A stretch of DNA of 64,000 nucleotides from Chiloscyllium plagiosum (taxonomy: Eukaryota): positions 71,340,831-71,404,830 of the forward strand of contig NC_057719.1 in assembly GCF_004010195.1 (NCBI RefSeq), written 5' to 3'. Below are positions 25,963 to 37,654 of the stretch, piece after piece (within the stretch, counting starts at the first letter, position 1; the number at the start of each line of letters is the position of its first letter). The notes beneath the pieces were generated by a model, which was not told the DNA's origin, did not search any database, and worked only from the letters and a program-made list of their open reading frames with translations. Both the position numbers and the translations under genes were made by a program.

Positions 25963-28002
25963 AACGCTGCGAGTTTTCTCTGTCCCCCATGTATTCGAGT
26001 ATTGAGGGCATTTGCTATCCATGAATGTTGCACCTACCTCTGCAACACTGAGCATTCAAAGGTTTTTTTTAATGTAAGTTGTTAATAACAGCTGTCACAA
26101 TGTGTACTATGCCCACAGTGTGTATGCAATCTGTATTATCTCTTCACAATCTCCATCTTTTGAACCTGAATTATTTCCCTGCAGATATTAATATGGCATC
26201 GAAAACAAAGATCACTCATCGTACATTAGACAAAGGAATTTCATTAAGTTCAGTCAAATGATGTGTTTGAAAGGCATTATTAAATTGCTTTCCTGTTTCT
26301 CTTATTTCTTGCACTCCTATATGTATTTCAGAAGAGCTGGGAGAATGATATCTCAGATACATGGTTTGAAAATTATTTGGAATGAGGTAGAATATTAGTT
26401 TTGGATTTTTTGTTTTTTACCTGACTTACATGAGTGGATTAATCTGCTTTGAACTTTGTGATTGGAATCCCTGTCCCTTCGAATTTCTTTACATGGAGAC
26501 TGTTTCATGCAATATTAAGCCAATGTGATTTCAAGTGAAAAATAGCACATATGTTTAATTAAATGTGAAATCTTTATTTGTGCAAAGTCGCTTTAGTACG
26601 GGGGTTATACTTGCTGCATTTGAATCCAAGATAGCCATAAATAGATAAAATAAAAATCAATCATTGAACAAAGGATGTTTCATTCATTGCAATCAGTTTG
26701 GTGTGTTGTTTGAGAAATTATAATTGTATACACTTGATTTTTTTATGAGACTCAGGAGTGTGCATATCTTGTACAATTTTGTTTAATTCCAGAAATGAGC
26801 ATTGCTTTCAACCACCTGTCACAGAGATGGCTTGTGTAATTTTTGCACAGCTAAATGTATTTTTTACAATATTTCAGAAATCCATGTTGTTTTGCCATCA
26901 TGGTAGTAGCCCAGTTATGTGATGTCCATCTAGTCCATTTTCATTGGAATGCATACAAACTGACAAGTACTTAAAGGTTTCACAAACACATCAAAATCAC
27001 AAGGGAAGGGTCACTGCTTCTATTGGTTTAATGTTTGTTATTTAATGATAAAGAGATAGTTGGAATGTGATTTTTGTATACCTTCGGTGATGGTAGGTGT
27101 GCATCACAAATGTGAAATGTTTGTTGTGAAGAAACAGACTGCAGGTGTGGAATGCCCTGAGGAAGAGCAAAGTGATATCTCTGCAGGTGTCAGTTAAATA
27201 ACAGGAACTTCCCTGTTCTGTCAACACTTTTGCTCCTTCGTCATGCTTTAGAATTGGATTGAGAACTTCGAGTTGGAGAAGATAGTGTTATTACCATTAG
27301 TACACTTAAAAAAAATCTGGTTAATTTACAGATAAAGTTTAAATTTGTTATCAATGGACAGAGCAGAATCAAGTGACTGAACATGCTGCCCCTAGTTTGC
27401 ATGTCCATGTGTTTGTAAACTTGTGGTTCATAATAAAGGACACACCTTTGTATCATTTTGTTTTTGCAGTTAATACGGTGCACAGATAATGCAATTGCAT
27501 TTTGTGATATCACCATTGTATTTTTAAGGAGGATCATAGAATAGATTTGCCAAATGCCACTTCACAGGAATAATGCCTGTTTTAAATTTGATACTTTCCT
27601 TAAAAATACAAGAAACCATTGATATAAATGCATACATTGAATGCTAATATTATAAAATAGTTTAGAATATGTTGATAATAAAGATAAACAACAAACAGCT
27701 ATGTTGTCGACTTTAGTCTTTCATTTCAAATTGTTTATATTTTAAAATAATATATTTCATTTTATTTCAAATATAAGACACATAACCATCTCAACTATAA
27801 TAAGTTTTTGATATTTTTAATCAATTTATGAAGTTATGTCTGACACAAGTTGTATTTGGACCTTCTGATCCAGAGATAGGGTCACTACAAGCGTTTGAAG
27901 CTGTTTACTTTGCAATTTTCTTCTTCTGTTGTAAATTGAAATGGTGCAGGTTAAGGTACACACTGGTCTTCACTTATTGCTTAGATTCTCTTGTTCCATG
28001 CA

Positions 28003-28560
28003 TCTGTAGTGTCAAGATCTGGCAGTGTCAAGATTAGAGTGGTGCTGGAAAAGCACAGCAGGTCAGGCAGCATCCGAAGAGCAGGAAAATTGATATTTCG
28101 GGCAAAAGCCCTTCACCAGATTTTCCTGCTCCTTGGATGCTGCCTGACCTGCTGTGCTTTTCCAGCACCACTCTAATCTTGACTCTATCTCCAGCATCTA
28201 CAGTACCCATCTCCGCCTAGACAATCTGGCAGTGTCCTTATCTTGGAGTCAAGAGGCCTGGGTTCAAGTCTCACATGTTCCAGAGAGGTGTGTAACATCT
28301 CTAAACAGGCTGATTAGAAAATACTGATAGTATCAATCTAGGGGCTGTTGTAGTCCAATCATAATGCCCCTAATTTTGAACCAAAAGGTCGCTAGATTCA
28401 AGTCCCACCTGTCCCAGGGATATGTTGTAACAGCCTGAGTAGATTCATTTAAAATGTTCAGAGAAGTTGTTATAGTGCTGTGGTAGAGCCCTGACTTCAG
28501 AACCAAAAGGCCCAGGTTCATATCCCATCTGTGTCATAACATGATCGATAAAAAAAAATG
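28003..28560 (+). repeat. Three tandem tRNA-like (A/B-box) SINE units; the first is interrupted by a PLE
   Basis: B-box-like GGTTCAAGTCTCAC (28261), GATTCAAGTCCCAC (28395) and GGTTCATATCCCAT (28515). Each is preceded by TGTAGT/TATAGT and, in units 2 and 3, GAACCAAAAGG. Each ends in an A-rich stretch. Confidence 0.6.
28030..28223 (+). mobile_element. Palindromic Penelope-like mini-element (family 1)
   Basis: 64-bp inverted repeat 28027-28090 / 28120-28183 with 2 mismatches. 40-nt one-sided tail. 13-bp TSD ATCTGGCAGTGTC (28017-28029 / 28224-28236). Decayed hammerhead on the minus strand in the loop. Confidence 0.88.
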
Positions 28561-29094
28561 ATTGATTTGATCGCAAGTTGAAGTTGCAAACAAATTTACA
28601 ATTTGCTTTCTTGTCAAAGTAAGCAGATGAAACTCTCTCCATTTTTGTAATGGAACTATTAACCTGTTTTAAATAAATAAATTACCACATTGTCTAAAAG
28701 AGCAGAAAGAAGAAATTGAAGGAAGCCTGTTAAGTAACGTAGATAAAAACCGTTTTAATAACTTTGTTACCCTTGAACCTACTGTTTTGTGAAAGGTTTG
28801 ATTAAAATCTTACTTTGGAGAGTGTAACACGAATGATTGATAGAAGGTTTTTTTAAAAAAATGTCACTTCAAAGCCATTTCAGCTGACCAGTGTTTCAGA
28901 TTTTCTTTCCTGCTAGCACCTAAGTCTTGGATTGAATGTCCCCAGTTTAAAAGGTGTCACTTTCTTAAGTAGACACCTTAAGATTCCACAATTTTAGGAC
29001 AAAATATTTGAAATTAATTTAATTGACTTTAGCTTTTTCAATCTTTCCTTTTGAGATAGCACTTGAAGTTGGTAGAATGCATTGTTTAAGGGTA

Positions 29095-29700
29095 TGGTCA
29101 TGTGATGTCTATGTAACAGTGTTAATGATAATCAGAGAATGCAAATTAAAGTCCGACCATAGCAATACCTGAATTTGAATTCAGTTTTTATTTAAAACTT
29201 TTGAAGTAAAAGGAGGGCACGGGGCAGTGTTTAATGGAGTGGGGATGGTTGACCAGTTTTGTCAACTTCCCGGATGGAGAGGTGATGGTTAGCTCAGAAG
29301 AAACCATAACGTGCTGTGGGTTGGCCCTCCGCGCTGAGTCAGTTGCTAACATCAGCACCCACCCAAACACTATTTGGAGCCAGCTCAGTAGGATTTGGGA
29401 AGAGCTGGGCTGGGTACATGACCGATACGATAGCTATCCTCCCTCCCCACCACACCCTCCACCCACTGAAAACACGCCAAATGGGGGCATATAAAGATCA
29501 ACTACATTAAAGTGTGGGATTAATGAGGAAACTCAACTTTCTCACAAATGTCCTTTTAAGGAATAAAATCTGCCATCCTCCATCAGTCTAGCCTGCAGTT
29601 CCACAGCAATGTGGTTGTCAGTTTTTAGTTGCCCTATAATGTGACTTAGCAAGAAACACAGTTCCATCAACACATTGGTTTCGAAGAGGATCCACCATGA
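29095..29700 (+). mobile_element. Degraded tRNA-derived SINE interrupted by a GC-rich insert (about 29221-29480)
   Basis: TGAATTTGAATTCAG and TCCTTTTAAGGAATAAAATCTGCCATCCTC...CACAGCAATGTGGTTG match the reverse complement of 20790-21112. Confidence 0.6.
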
Positions 29701-29835
29701 CCATCTCAGGCAGCTGGAAACAGAAAACCTGCCACATTCATAATCTAAGAATGGAAGAAAATGTTTAACTGTACAAAGATGTACTTAATAATTAATATTA
29801 TTGTGGCTCTGTTCGCCGAGCTGGGAATTTGTGTT

Positions 29836-29876
29836 GCAGACGTTTCGTCCCCTGTCTCGGTGACATCCTCAGTGCT
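29836..29876 (-). ncRNA. Minimal type-I hammerhead ribozyme motif
   Basis: The minus strand reads GCA-CUGAGGA-U-GUCACC-gagaca-GGGGAC-GAAAC-GUC^UGC: conserved core, stem II, palindromic ACGU stem III and a 3-bp stem I (GCA/UGC). Confidence 0.75.
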
Positions 29877-29990
29877 TGGGAGCCTCCTGTGGAGCGGTTG
29901 TCAACCGGAAGCGGCAGATTCAAACCACTATAAATGCCGGAGGAAACATCACAGAAGCGCTTCACAGGAGGCTCCCAAGCACTCCTTGGT

Positions 29991-30115
29991 GGGCGGCACG
30001 GTGGCACAGCAGTTAGCACTGCTGCCTCACAGCGCCAGAGACCCGGGTTCAATTCCCGCCTCAGGCGACTGACTGTGTGGAGTTTGCACGTTCTCCCCGT
30101 GTCTGCCTGGGTTTC
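29991..30115 (+). mobile_element. HE1/V-SINE-like SINE, 5' part only
   Basis: tRNA-like head GGCACGGTGGCACAGCAGTTAGCACTGCTGCCTCACAGC...GGGTTCAATTCCC, then V-domain-like TGTGTGGAGTTTGCACGTTCTCCCCGTGTCTGC. CpGs are largely intact. Confidence 0.9.
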
Positions 30116-30603
30116 TAGACAGGGGACGAAACGTCTGCAACACAAATTCCCAGCTCGGCGAACAGAACCACAACAACGAGCACCCGAGCTACAAATCTTC
30201 TCACAAACTTTGAATTAATATTATTGATCAAATTCATAGGCGATAACTTGCATGTTATCTGTATGATTCTGATTAGCCAAAATTGACAGTCTAGTTTCAA
30301 GTGTGATTTTTTTTTAAAGGAAAAGCTAAAATAACCAATTCACAGGCTCTCAGAAAAAAGAGCCTTATTGGCAGAACTGAACAGATATATTTGATAATAC
30401 TAGAATTTGAAAACAGGAAACAACAGTTTCTACTTCCTTATATATTTTAAATATAGGTATACACCTATTGAAATTTATAGGAAATTAACTGGTTCTTCAA
30501 GGCTTGTATCGTTGATTTCAAATGTTTCACTTAATTCCATTAGTAATGATTCACATTGCATGTTAATTCATGTAAGTGTGCAATGAGAGAGTGGAAATGA
30601 AGT

Positions 30604-30604
<1 letters not shown>

Positions 30605-30637
<33 letters not shown>
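30605..30637. repeat. (TA)n microsatellite
   Basis: TA run with one G interruption. Confidence 0.97.
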
Positions 30638-33600
30638 GTTTTCAGATATAATACAGCTCATACAAGAATCAGGTTTTTTGCCAGAAGGCAGGCTATACCT
30701 GGCCCACTCAATAAGTATGACCTGATAAAATCTAATACTGTAGGTGTGTGAATGAGCACAATGGGATAATACGTTGTCAAGTTTGCATCGTAAGATTAGG
30801 CAGACATCATAGAGATCTGCACGTTATGGGATTCATTACCATGAGTGCAGTGACTGTAGACCTCACAATTGTCACCCCAGGGAAGAAAGTAACAAACCCT
30901 ATTACACAAACTGCAATGGAACCTTCTGTGCATACCTGTTCAATAAAATAATGATGCTTAATGTATTTTTCGAGGTGGTAAGTGGATATCAAGCCATGTT
31001 ATGATGTCATGGCTTCCCTATGACATTAAAGTAATGGAAATATAATTCATGTTGTCACTACTCTCTACAATTATTCCAACAAAATTCAACCCATGTGAAT
31101 GACATCTTCTTCTCTTTGACACAATAACTATTATAATGAAACACTAAAAGTCAACTTGTAATGTGTTGAAAGCAGGTTTATACATGTATATTTGTACTCC
31201 TCTTATAGCTGGAATGTATAATGACTAACAATGGAATATTAAGTTTATAATCAATATGATCTGTAAACGACAGGTATGTATGTGTCTGTTAAACTTAAAT
31301 AAGGCTGAAAAGTAACTAAAAGAGCCACTGATCATGCAAATGCAGCCCATCCTTATTATATTAGCTTGCTGTAAGAGCTATGCTTTGTTTACGAAACTGA
31401 CAGGTTTCTCATATCACTTGTTGTGTTCTGTTATGGCACCTTCACTTGAGTGCTGCATTATGCCAATTCTTAATTCCTAGGGATCATAGTAAAATAAAGA
31501 CAACCCGTATGGGTTAAAAATTGAGTCATTTATGTTTTAAAGTATTTTAATTAAATACTGAAACTAAGGACATCTATTAACCAACTCTGTAAGAACATTT
31601 TAGGTCCAATAATGTCTGCAGTATTTGGTATCATCTCAGAACAATAGGAACCAAAACTATTTATGGCTTTTAAATAAAAAAACATTATTTATTAACATAA
31701 AAAGAAGCACTGACATAGTATTAATTAAGATTTTGGTACATTAAAAAAATCATGTGATAGGATTAGGAATGCTATGTTGTATTAGGAATGCCATGTTCTA
31801 TCACCATTCATGTCCAGCACTGCAATTGTTGCTAAACTGTATTGCACTTTGTCAAGTTTCAAGTTTTCAAAGCAGCCTCCAGGATGAGATCAGCAGATAA
31901 TATGCAAGTCTCACATAAAATGTCAAGCAAAGTGCTATGATTAATCAACAGTTTGATATTCATGCATTACATGCAGATACTAATTAACTGTTTTCCAGAA
32001 GGTTGACAATCTTGTGGAAACCACATAATATTTCATGATTGAGTTGCAGGATTTTTACATACTCAAAATAATTATATCATCCCAGTCTTAGTTTCTGTCA
32101 TAAACCATGGTGCAAATACAAAGGCCGCTTTGTAACATTTGGACCAGAGTTGATGAAAGTCTGTCAGAGTGTGATCTTTCCTTGTGGAAAGCATGACAGC
32201 ACAACAGTAGTTGAAAACTGGCTCTTCCAATGAATCCAGCTTGTCTGAAACTCTGTAATGAGATGGATGACCTTAGTATCCAAATAACATTGTTGTATCT
32301 ATTTTACCTCAGGGGGCAATGTTCCTACTGCAGGACTCATCTGAGTCGGGATTTATTAATCCTTGAGATGTAAAGCTTTGCATAAAAAGCTTAATGAAAA
32401 ATAAATAAATTCCAAGGAAGGCTGTTTAGATTTGTTTATTGATAAACAAATTAATTGGAATAATTTGCAAATTTTCTAAAAGAACAAGTTCTAATCCATG
32501 CTAGAGTTAATGCTTTGTCTGGCTCTGGGCAAAATCCTTTCGAAGATTTGGTGATGCTTCAGTCAAGTGGTCAACTAGTGAAATCTGCTTTGATGCTAAT
32601 TAACAGATAATTGATTACTTCACTGTGGCAATGAAATTAACAAAAATTACTGCATGGCAAACTAATATTAATAATTCCAATTTTTTCAATTTGTTTTAAC
32701 CTTTAAAAGTAAAACATAAAAACTTTATTTCAACAGTTTGCCTTAAATGTGAAGATTTTGTAGATAAGCCTATATAGTTTCACTATTACCAATTTTTAAA
32801 ACAAATCTCATTTGGTTTGAGTTAGTTAGCAATGATGGGTTTAAGACGTTTTGTTGCAAGAGCTCAGTGCTGCATTGCCTGAGAGAAAGAAATCAAACAA
32901 CAGAGTTCATTTCCTTATCATTTGATCACTTTTCTTGACATGAGTGGTTCACACCTTTTTTAACCAAGAGCTTCCATGTACACCTGCTCAGCCATCTCAT
33001 CAATTTCATTTTAGCAAAGTAGTTTTCTTTCAGTTTGTCAGCCAAAAGATGGCAAGTGTGATAAAAGACAGAAACAGATAGGTATTGCCAGTCTTTATCT
33101 TGGTGTCTCTGTTTGTTTTTGCATTGGTGTACGTAATGAAACAAAGAGGATTTAATCATGTTAAACAAAAGGCCAGTGGTACCCAGGGGGATCCCATTTA
33201 CTTTGCTCTCAATGTACTCGTTTCATATTGCACTTCTTCCTCTTTGCCGATGCAGAGCTTCCTACCTGAGGCTTAGAATTGGGAGGTGTGAAACTCAGCA
33301 CTTGTTTTGACAGGTGCTCTTTCCCAAATAACAACCAGGACAACCAATGCCCGTGCACATGAGCAACAATCTCTGATATGCTAATTACTGTATTTACCAC
33401 ACTTTTCTCCTTAATGAGGTTTAGTAGCTCAGAACACCTTTGTGGCTATTGACATGATGTGATTTTCATGCTATGACTTGAATTTAATCCACTATTCATT
33501 TAGTGCTCAATATGTTGACCCAGCAATAATAAGGTCAAAATACCTGGAGTGAGGAAGACAGTATTACTCACTGTTGAGTTAGAAAGAGTTTCCTCACAAG

Positions 33601-36159
33601 TGAGATTACCACTGCCTATTCCATTTACAGTGAGGTTTACTTACCATTGGGGTTAATTTATGCAAGAACACTGTTTTGGGAGGGGAAGGCGGTACGGGGG
33701 GTTGTTGCAAGTTAGAAAGAAATAATCCTCTTCATTCATTTGAAATGGTTTTTGCTGTTCTGCAAATGTCGTTTGAAAATCTCAAGCAAGATTGGATCAA
33801 TTTGGGCTGCTCATGTCACAAGCACGTCTGTTACTTTCTCATTGAAAACTTACAAATCTTTGGCTGATCCAGCATTCAAAATTGTATAAATATTCACTGT
33901 GAGGAGATGTTCCAAACTTCTTTCCAAAATGCAGATGCTGTAAGTAATGGTTTTAAATCACTGCTGTGGTAATTACCACATCCATTTTGGACTCAGAAAC
34001 GTGGAGCTGGCTTTCAAACAATATTGGTAGACTTCCTAATCATTCTGCAGCTTGCAGTTGCTCCATTACCAGCCTCGAAATGATTTATTATTGTGGACAC
34101 TAACAACTGTAGCTCTTAAATCTGCATAATGGTAACTCAAAGGTTACTTGTACAAGCGTTGGGGTGAAGTGGATGCTGTTGTGATTTTATTCAAAAACAA
34201 CATAACTACCAATGGATTTTTAAAAAAATTCTAAATTGAGAGCTTAACTGTTGAAGGGCAGCTTTAATTGTATCTTTGTCAGTGAAATTTAAACTTGGAC
34301 TGATATCTGATTGCAATCAGGAGCATAAACACAATGAGATATATGACGGTACATTAAATAGTAGATTCTGTAAATAGAAGGATTGAAGAGATGAAGTCAG
34401 GGAGTGGCTCTGTTTGTTTAATTATCATCTTTTCCCCCTGTATTGGCAGCTAGTGCTCCTGCTTGCTCATTGCAGGTCATAACTAAGAGATAATGTTTCA
34501 TCCACTACAGGTGTTCATTTAAACCCGAGGCATTTAGCAGCTATGAGAAACTTTAATTAACATTTTGTTTAATTACTGCCCTATGACCCTTTTTCCTTTC
34601 CCATGTTGGTTCTCAGCTTCCCAAACAAAAGTCAACCCTGAAGCTATATTAAGATCAGAAACTTAAATTTGCTGTTTCAGGTTTCATTGAGTACTTTAAT
34701 CTGACACTATGACATTCCCATCACTTCCTTTTCAGTTGCCAATAAGCAGCTTAAATAAATTTGACTAGCTAGGTTTTATTTTGTAAAATTCTATTTCTTT
34801 CTCTCTCTTGACAAATTTTACTCAGTTTTCCAAAGGTAATTATAACATTCTTTTACATCCTAACAAGGATAGAGTCTGAATAACTATAAGTAATGTTATC
34901 TATCCACACCAAAGGGCAAATGGCTGGTCTGTATGTTCCAGCTCAATGAAAAGATTAAAATCAGAGTATCACTTTTCATTAAAGTAGTTTTCAGAAAGGT
35001 TTCCTTAGAGATATTGCAGCTCAGAAACAGTTCAAAAATGATCTTCGTTGTACATATGGTGAATTGACATTTCTGCCACCATTTGTGATTATATTGAGCC
35101 AATGCGGGTGCTATAGTAACAGCTTATGTTGTTTCCAGCATTGTGGTGCCTTCTAACCCTCCCTGCAGGATAGCACAGCATCTTTGACATTTTCTTTTTC
35201 TTACAGATTTAAGTTAATGATTATTGTGTATAACTGTATATGACATATTTTTAATGAGGAAAAGTGAACTTTCCAATCTCATTTCATTTTTAATATGAAG
35301 AGCTCACCACCTCCAAATCCTTCAGTTGATTCAGAGATCATGTCAAAATGTCTGATTTCATTATTCAAAAGCTAAGGAAAACAGCCAGTTGATCTGTTTA
35401 GCACTTTGTGTGAGAGTCATTACTTGTACATGTTTTAATGTGTAACATTGTCTCTTTGTGGATGCTACTAAATGAAGTATTTATCAATTAAAGAGAAACT
35501 GAGAGTAAGCCTACAGAGAATATCCATTTGTTTTACAAAAAAAGCTCTCTTGTAGCTCATAATGAGATAGACAATTATTCTGACAAGCAAGTTCATTAGC
35601 TTCATTATGTCAGCGACCAAATGATTTTTGCCTTTGTTACCAAATGATTTTGAAAGTGTAAATGTACATTTGTACCAATTTTCCAAGGGTGCCAGCTTAT
35701 CGTAATATTCATTCAGTGAGATGTTATCGTAGGAAGAGACAAAGAAATTAACCTGACAAAATGTAACTGCTGAAAATTGTTCAGGCACAATTCCTTTTGT
35801 TCAAACGTTATTTGAAATCACTGGCTATTACCAAGATTTGGATAATGTTTTTAAGTTGCTAAGAGGACAGAATTAAAACATTCCATGTCTATCAATCTTG
35901 TTAACTCATTCATAACCTGTTTTACCTGTCCAGTAAATTTACTTAGAAATTACCTCAAAATCTCTACTTTCTGCATATCAACTTAAAAACGTACAGCAAG
36001 GTAGAGTTCTGAAAACATTGACAAGAGTTTAGCAAAGACAATAGGATAGAGCAGTGGTTACATTTTTAATGAATTGCATTGAACTTTGTAACTATCAACA
36101 GGGGAGTTGAATGCACATGCAATTATTCGTATATTGCCAATTTTGTAGGATTTCACCGA

Positions 36160-36380
36160 ATCACAGAACTGTTGAGATGTGGAAGGAGGCCATCTGGCCC
36201 GTTGTTCCCGGACCTGTTTTTCAAAGGAGCATCAACACCTGGGGCCAGTCTCTTACTTTGTCCCTGGACCATTGCACAATATGTTGACCCAAATAATGAT
36301 CCAATGCTCTCTTGAATGCCTCAATTGAACCTACCTCCACCACATTTCCTGGCAATGCATTCTATGCATCCTAACTACTC
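36160..36380 (-). mobile_element. CR1 3' end, degraded
   Basis: GAAGGAGGCCATCTGGCCC...TTGAATGCCTCAATTGAACCTACCTCCACCAC...GGCAATGCATTC parallels 3160-3225. Confidence 0.7.
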
Positions 36381-37654
36381 TGGACTTACTGGCAAACATG
36401 GAAACAGTTTTCTCAATTTTTGGATAAAGGTTACCTTTACTTGATGCAAAAATGGGTATGTGATGGTCAAAGTCCCTGTTAGGCCAAATGCTTCAATAAC
36501 AAAGCTTGATCCATAACAAAGCTAAACTCAGTGCTTGGCACTATTTCTTGCATACGATATGACATTCAAGATTGGATACTGTGAAATGTTAGCATTGAGT
36601 TGTAATCTGTCAGCCTTGCTAAGCATATAAAATGAAGTAAATACATTTTTAGCATGCAATTAATATGCATCTACAATAGATTCTGTAAAAGCAATGCTGA
36701 TAGCCACAGCAAAACACTTCCACATTCATTAAATGATCTATATTTTGGCTCGCACAAATGAGAACTGCAGTAAAATAGCATCTAATTATGTCTCATTAAA
36801 ACTAGCAGAAATCAAAACAGCAGCTTAGTTTGCCTGCATGTATAACATCAGATGATGATGTCTTTCTACTGAGCCTGCCGATTTATTTAGCTAATGCAGA
36901 AATAATTGGTTTTTGGACATAATGATTTCAAAGTCCCAAAGACACCGGCTGTCATCCGTGATCTCATAAGATGGAATGTTTAAATGATCCAAGTGCCCTA
37001 AAACTACAAGCAAGATATATCTGTCTTGCATGCTAATTTGTATGTGTTGCGTAAGTGTTTTAATACTGCATCTATCTGTAATGTCTTTGTCAGGATTCCA
37101 AATTGCAAAATGTAAAGCCGACTGTGACAACTTTAATTGGACAAGTTTATGGCAAATTAACTGATTTCCACTGTTCTCTAACAAGTTTCCATGGGTTTCA
37201 TACACAGTACTATGTCACTATGTGTGGAAATCGGATTGGTTGCATTGGTACATTCGCTGTATGTGTCCAGATTTCAGTTACATAACAACCTGTGATAATT
37301 ACTAAACATCAAGTCTGGCTGACAACAATACTGTCACAATAGGAAGATTTCACAATAAGATAATCATGGCTGGGGAAAACAATGGTGATTTTACTTATGT
37401 AAATAAATTACCAGCTGGAGTTTAGAATTATGATCCATTATAGAATATGTGTATTTATCTTCTTCAGCAGTTTAGACATTTGAGAAAATTCTGCTCTGAG
37501 ACCAGCAGAAAATTTAAAACAGTTCAAAATTTGTTTGAATTTTTCAATTAAAATGAATGAATTAGCATATCTAATCACACTTGTGATTTTCTAACAGATT
37601 TCATTGTTTAAAATAACATCTGCTACAATATTGACTCTTCTTTGATGCTTCAAT

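Larger units (their letters stand above)
29804..30212 (+). mobile_element. Palindromic Penelope-like mini-element (family 2) with nested SINE head
   Basis: Inverted arms 29801-29896 and 29958-30173. 39-nt tail. Perfect 14-bp TSD AATTAATATTATTG (29790-29803 / 30213-30226). Confidence 0.88.

Noticed and set aside
25734..26033. 99-aa minus-strand ORF or a 62-bp exon within it
   Set aside because: Unrecognised peptide, weak acceptor, and length not a multiple of three. A regulatory reading is more parsimonious.
28027..28183. Long hairpins (here and at 45746, 44860, 58013) as pre-miRNAs or DNA-transposon MITEs
   Set aside because: Asymmetric tails, long TSDs, hammerhead cores and linkage to a PLE ORF at 46449 fit Penelope-like retroelements better.
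29991..30060. tRNA gene
   Set aside because: A/B boxes are present but run straight into a SINE body. The same head occurs at 59815.
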